Of a DNA stretch of 64,000 nucleotides, positions 62,124 to 64,000 are shown piece by piece. Position 1 is the first letter of the stretch, and each line of letters begins with the position of its first letter. The position numbers were made by a program, and so were the translations under genes. This DNA comes from Candidatus Babeliales bacterium (GTDB taxonomy: Bacteria > Babelota > Babeliae > Babelales > JABCYS01): positions 92,168 through 156,167 of the forward strand of contig JAFGJD010000005.1 in the NCBI GenBank assembly GCA_016929235.1, in the 5' to 3' direction. The notes below the pieces were generated by a model. That model did no database searches. It saw only the letters and a list, made by a program, of their open reading frames with translations, and was not told the origin of the DNA.

Positions 62124-64000
62124 ATGAATACACAGTTCCGCACGCTCTTCCTATGTTGCATGGGGATCACGTTATTCCCTGCCAATGATACCGATATAAC
62201 CCTACCAGAAACTCAAGAAATAACTGCGCAAAAACGCGCAACCCAGCCCATAACTGAGCAAGACTGTGCCGCAACGATCTTGTTCTATGATGACCTCTTT
62301 CGGGACGCGACCCCTGAAGCAATCTTGACCATTCTCGCGCAGCTCCAAGATCCTTCTGAAGCTGTGAATATTGGCATCTCACAAGATGATATCAATCAAT
62401 TGATTAGGTTTTTGCCGCACGTTGCACTGAAAAAACATGGTGCCCGACAATTGCACGCACTCTCATCATATCTTGATGAACTGGCCATGGTGATTACCCA
62501 TAAGTCTATTGGCCTCTCGCAAGCACAACTTAAAACGATTACTAAACACATTGGTGATCTACGCGAGCATATTAATGCGCAGCAAAAACTCATTGTACAA
62601 TGCACACCGGAAAATATTATCGAGCTCTTCTCATTCACTGAACAAGTCACATTATTCTTGGCCAAAGAATGTCAAACAGGGTTCAAAAAGAAGGCAACAT
62701 TTACACTTAAGAAAATCGCCACCCGTTCACGTGATTCTGTCTTTGATAACGTAGAAGGCGTTATCAAAAAGAGCCGCATACGCTTCCAAGAATTCGAAGA
62801 CGCAATGCGTGACCTAGGAATGACACACACACAAAAATTTGTAAGAAAATTTCAAAAATGGAATGGCAATTGGAATCTATTGAGCAAACTAGAAATTGGC
62901 GGGCTGTTAACATTGGCAGCATCCCTTGGCCGATACTTCCTCAAAGCTCCCACCGCAGTTAATCACCAAAACCATGCAATTATAGATCAATACCCTAATC
63001 AACCGGATAGCTTGTATAAACTACTTCCTCGTGGGGTCCAGTGGTATGACAAAACAATAATAGGCCGACAACCAAGTCGAATTAATCCAGAGCGCGGAGG
63101 AACTGAGTCATGGGCGCATGAAGGCCTCTTCGGTGCAATCCATGCAAAATCACCATCACTCATTACATTCGTCGCTTTTGCGGCAATGCTTAAAAATGAA
63201 TTTGTAAACCGTTTGGTTGATGGTCTGAATATGTGGAAGGGCCTCTATCGTAACCCTAGAAACTATTTCAGAACGAGCGAAATATTTAATGATGAACGCA
63301 AATCTGTTGATGCCGTCGAAGAAGTATTTATTTCACGCATCATCGAAATTGCGCAGCCACGAATCACGTTTGATGATGTAGTCGGACTTGAAGAACAAAA
63401 ACGAGAGCTACAAGGTATCATCCAATACCTTCTTAACCCAACCGCATATGACCGTAAAGGAACCTCTGTTGAAAAAGGCTGTATTCTCTACGGGCCAACC
63501 AGAACAGGTAAAACATATCTTGCCGAAGCTCTTGCAGGTGAAATCCTCTATAAATACAACGGCTCCGTATCGTTCCTCAAAATCAACAGCGCAGAACTGC
63601 GCATCTGGGGTATTGATAAAGCTCTAGAAGTGATCAAGCGTCATGCGCCATGTATCGTTTTTATTGATGAGATCGACCTGCTCAACTTACAACGAGGTAA
63701 CAACTCAAATCTCCTTGAACAGTTCTTGACGCAACTCCGTAGTTATGAACATGATCGCATTGTGTTTCTCGCGGCAACCAACCGTATAGATCATATTGAT
63801 AATGCACTCTTGCAACCAGGACGATTTGGAAAGATTATTCCATTCGAAAATCCATCGTTTGTAGAACGCCAAGAATTTTTCATACAACAGTTACGCAAAC
63901 GAGGTATTGAAGTTACCAATATTAATTTTGAACGCGTTGCTTATGAAACTGAAGGCTGCTCCTTTGGCCAGCTCGCAAGTATCATCAATGATGCCCTGAC
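62124..64000 (+). CDS. AAA+ ATPase of the classical (FtsH/Cdc48-like) clade with a ~410-aa novel N-terminal region; 3' end beyond the window
   Basis: The frame is open from ATG 62124 to the window edge (625 codons). It is not in the ORF track because it has no stop. The N-terminal segment MNTQFRTLFLCCMGITLFPA is signal-like, and hydrophobic segments lie near aa 253-272 and 345-360. The AAA motifs are Walker A GPTRTGKT (~63492-63515), Walker B CIVFIDEID and AATNRIDHIDNALLQPGRFG. Confidence 0.85.
   Translation, partial: MNTQFRTLFLCCMGITLFPANDTDITLPETQEITAQKRATQPITEQDCAATILFYDDLFRDATPEAILTILAQLQDPSEAVNIGISQDDINQLIRFLPHVALKKHGARQLHALSSYLDELAMVITHKSIGLSQAQLKTITKHIGDLREHINAQQKLIVQCTPENIIELFSFTEQVTLFLAKECQTGFKKKATFTLKKIATRSRDSVFDNVEGVIKKSRIRFQEFEDAMRDLGMTHTQKFVRKFQKWNGNWNLLSKLEIGGLLTLAASLGRYFLKAPTAVNHQNHAIIDQYPNQPDSLYKLLPRGVQWYDKTIIGRQPSRINPERGGTESWAHEGLFGAIHAKSPSLITFVAFAAMLKNEFVNRLVDGLNMWKGLYRNPRNYFRTSEIFNDERKSVDAVEEVFISRIIEIAQPRITFDDVVGLEEQKRELQGIIQYLLNPTAYDRKGTSVEKGCILYGPTRTGKTYLAEALAGEILYKYNGSVSFLKINSAELRIWGIDKALEVIKRHAPCIVFIDEIDLLNLQRGNNSNLLEQFLTQLRSYEHDRIVFLAATNRIDHIDNALLQPGRFGKIIPFENPSFVERQEFFIQQLRKRGIEVTNINFERVAYETEGCSFGQLASIINDAL

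Noticed and set aside
62167-63887. Track ORFs 62167-62382 (-), 62396-62665 (-), 62509-62754 (+), 63388-63627 (+) and 63705-63887 (-).
   Set aside because: All lie inside or antisense to the 625-codon open frame starting at 62124, which carries unambiguous AAA+ Walker A/B motifs. The real gene was omitted from the track because it has no stop within the window.

Overview
This is 64 kb of gene-dense bacterial chromosome, almost entirely coding, at roughly 40% G+C by hand-sampling. I saw no rRNA, tRNA, CRISPR array, IS or transposase, prophage, or recognisable defence or toxin-antitoxin module.

Housekeeping genes identified from their translations:
- dnaK (5' end, left edge), carD/cdnL, miaA, a SPOR protein and a PpiD-like parvulin chaperone.
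- recA, infC-rpmI-rplT, zapB-like and zapA, rny (RNase Y) and a ymdB-type phosphoesterase.
- A MazG-like NTPase, ldh, an archaeal/eukaryal-type proS, xerC/D, and dnaN-recF with no dnaA.
- ruvC, dnaB, rplI, an lnt-like acyltransferase, ileS, murD, ftsW and pepA.

The gene content (RNase Y, YmdB, ZapA, Lnt, pseudopilins, many transporters and repeat proteins) suggests a reduced-genome, probably host-associated diderm. A Dependentiae/TM6-like organism is a low-confidence guess.

Lineage-specific material sits between the housekeeping genes:
1. About 0.9 kb upstream of dnaK has no credible ORF and contains a ~66% GC, strand-asymmetric island.
2. At least 7 proteins share a signal peptide, one TM helix and a charged helical tail. 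Several sit inside or around murD and ftsW.
3. A minus-strand block (62041 to 50186) encodes a leader-bearing TrxR-Trx fusion, two paralogous bitopic proteins, a secreted alpha/beta hydrolase, a CxxC-less thioredoxin-fold protein with a Tyr/Gly/Trp tail, a ~1767-aa giant protein with a novel ~40-48 aa repeat module, and PepA.
4. Three overlapping pseudopilin-like genes are fused into an operon with lnt.
5. Two tandem signal-peptide pentapeptide-repeat proteins lie next to two paralogous MOP/flippase-like membrane proteins.
6. There are three EamA/DMT transporter paralogues.
7. Also present are a secreted ankyrin protein and an edge-truncated AAA+ (FtsH-like) ATPase with a long novel N-terminal region.

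The ORF track omits the two edge-truncated genes (dnaK and the AAA+ gene). It also contains many antisense or out-of-frame ORFs that I reject. All functional calls rest on motif reading by eye; no database search was possible.
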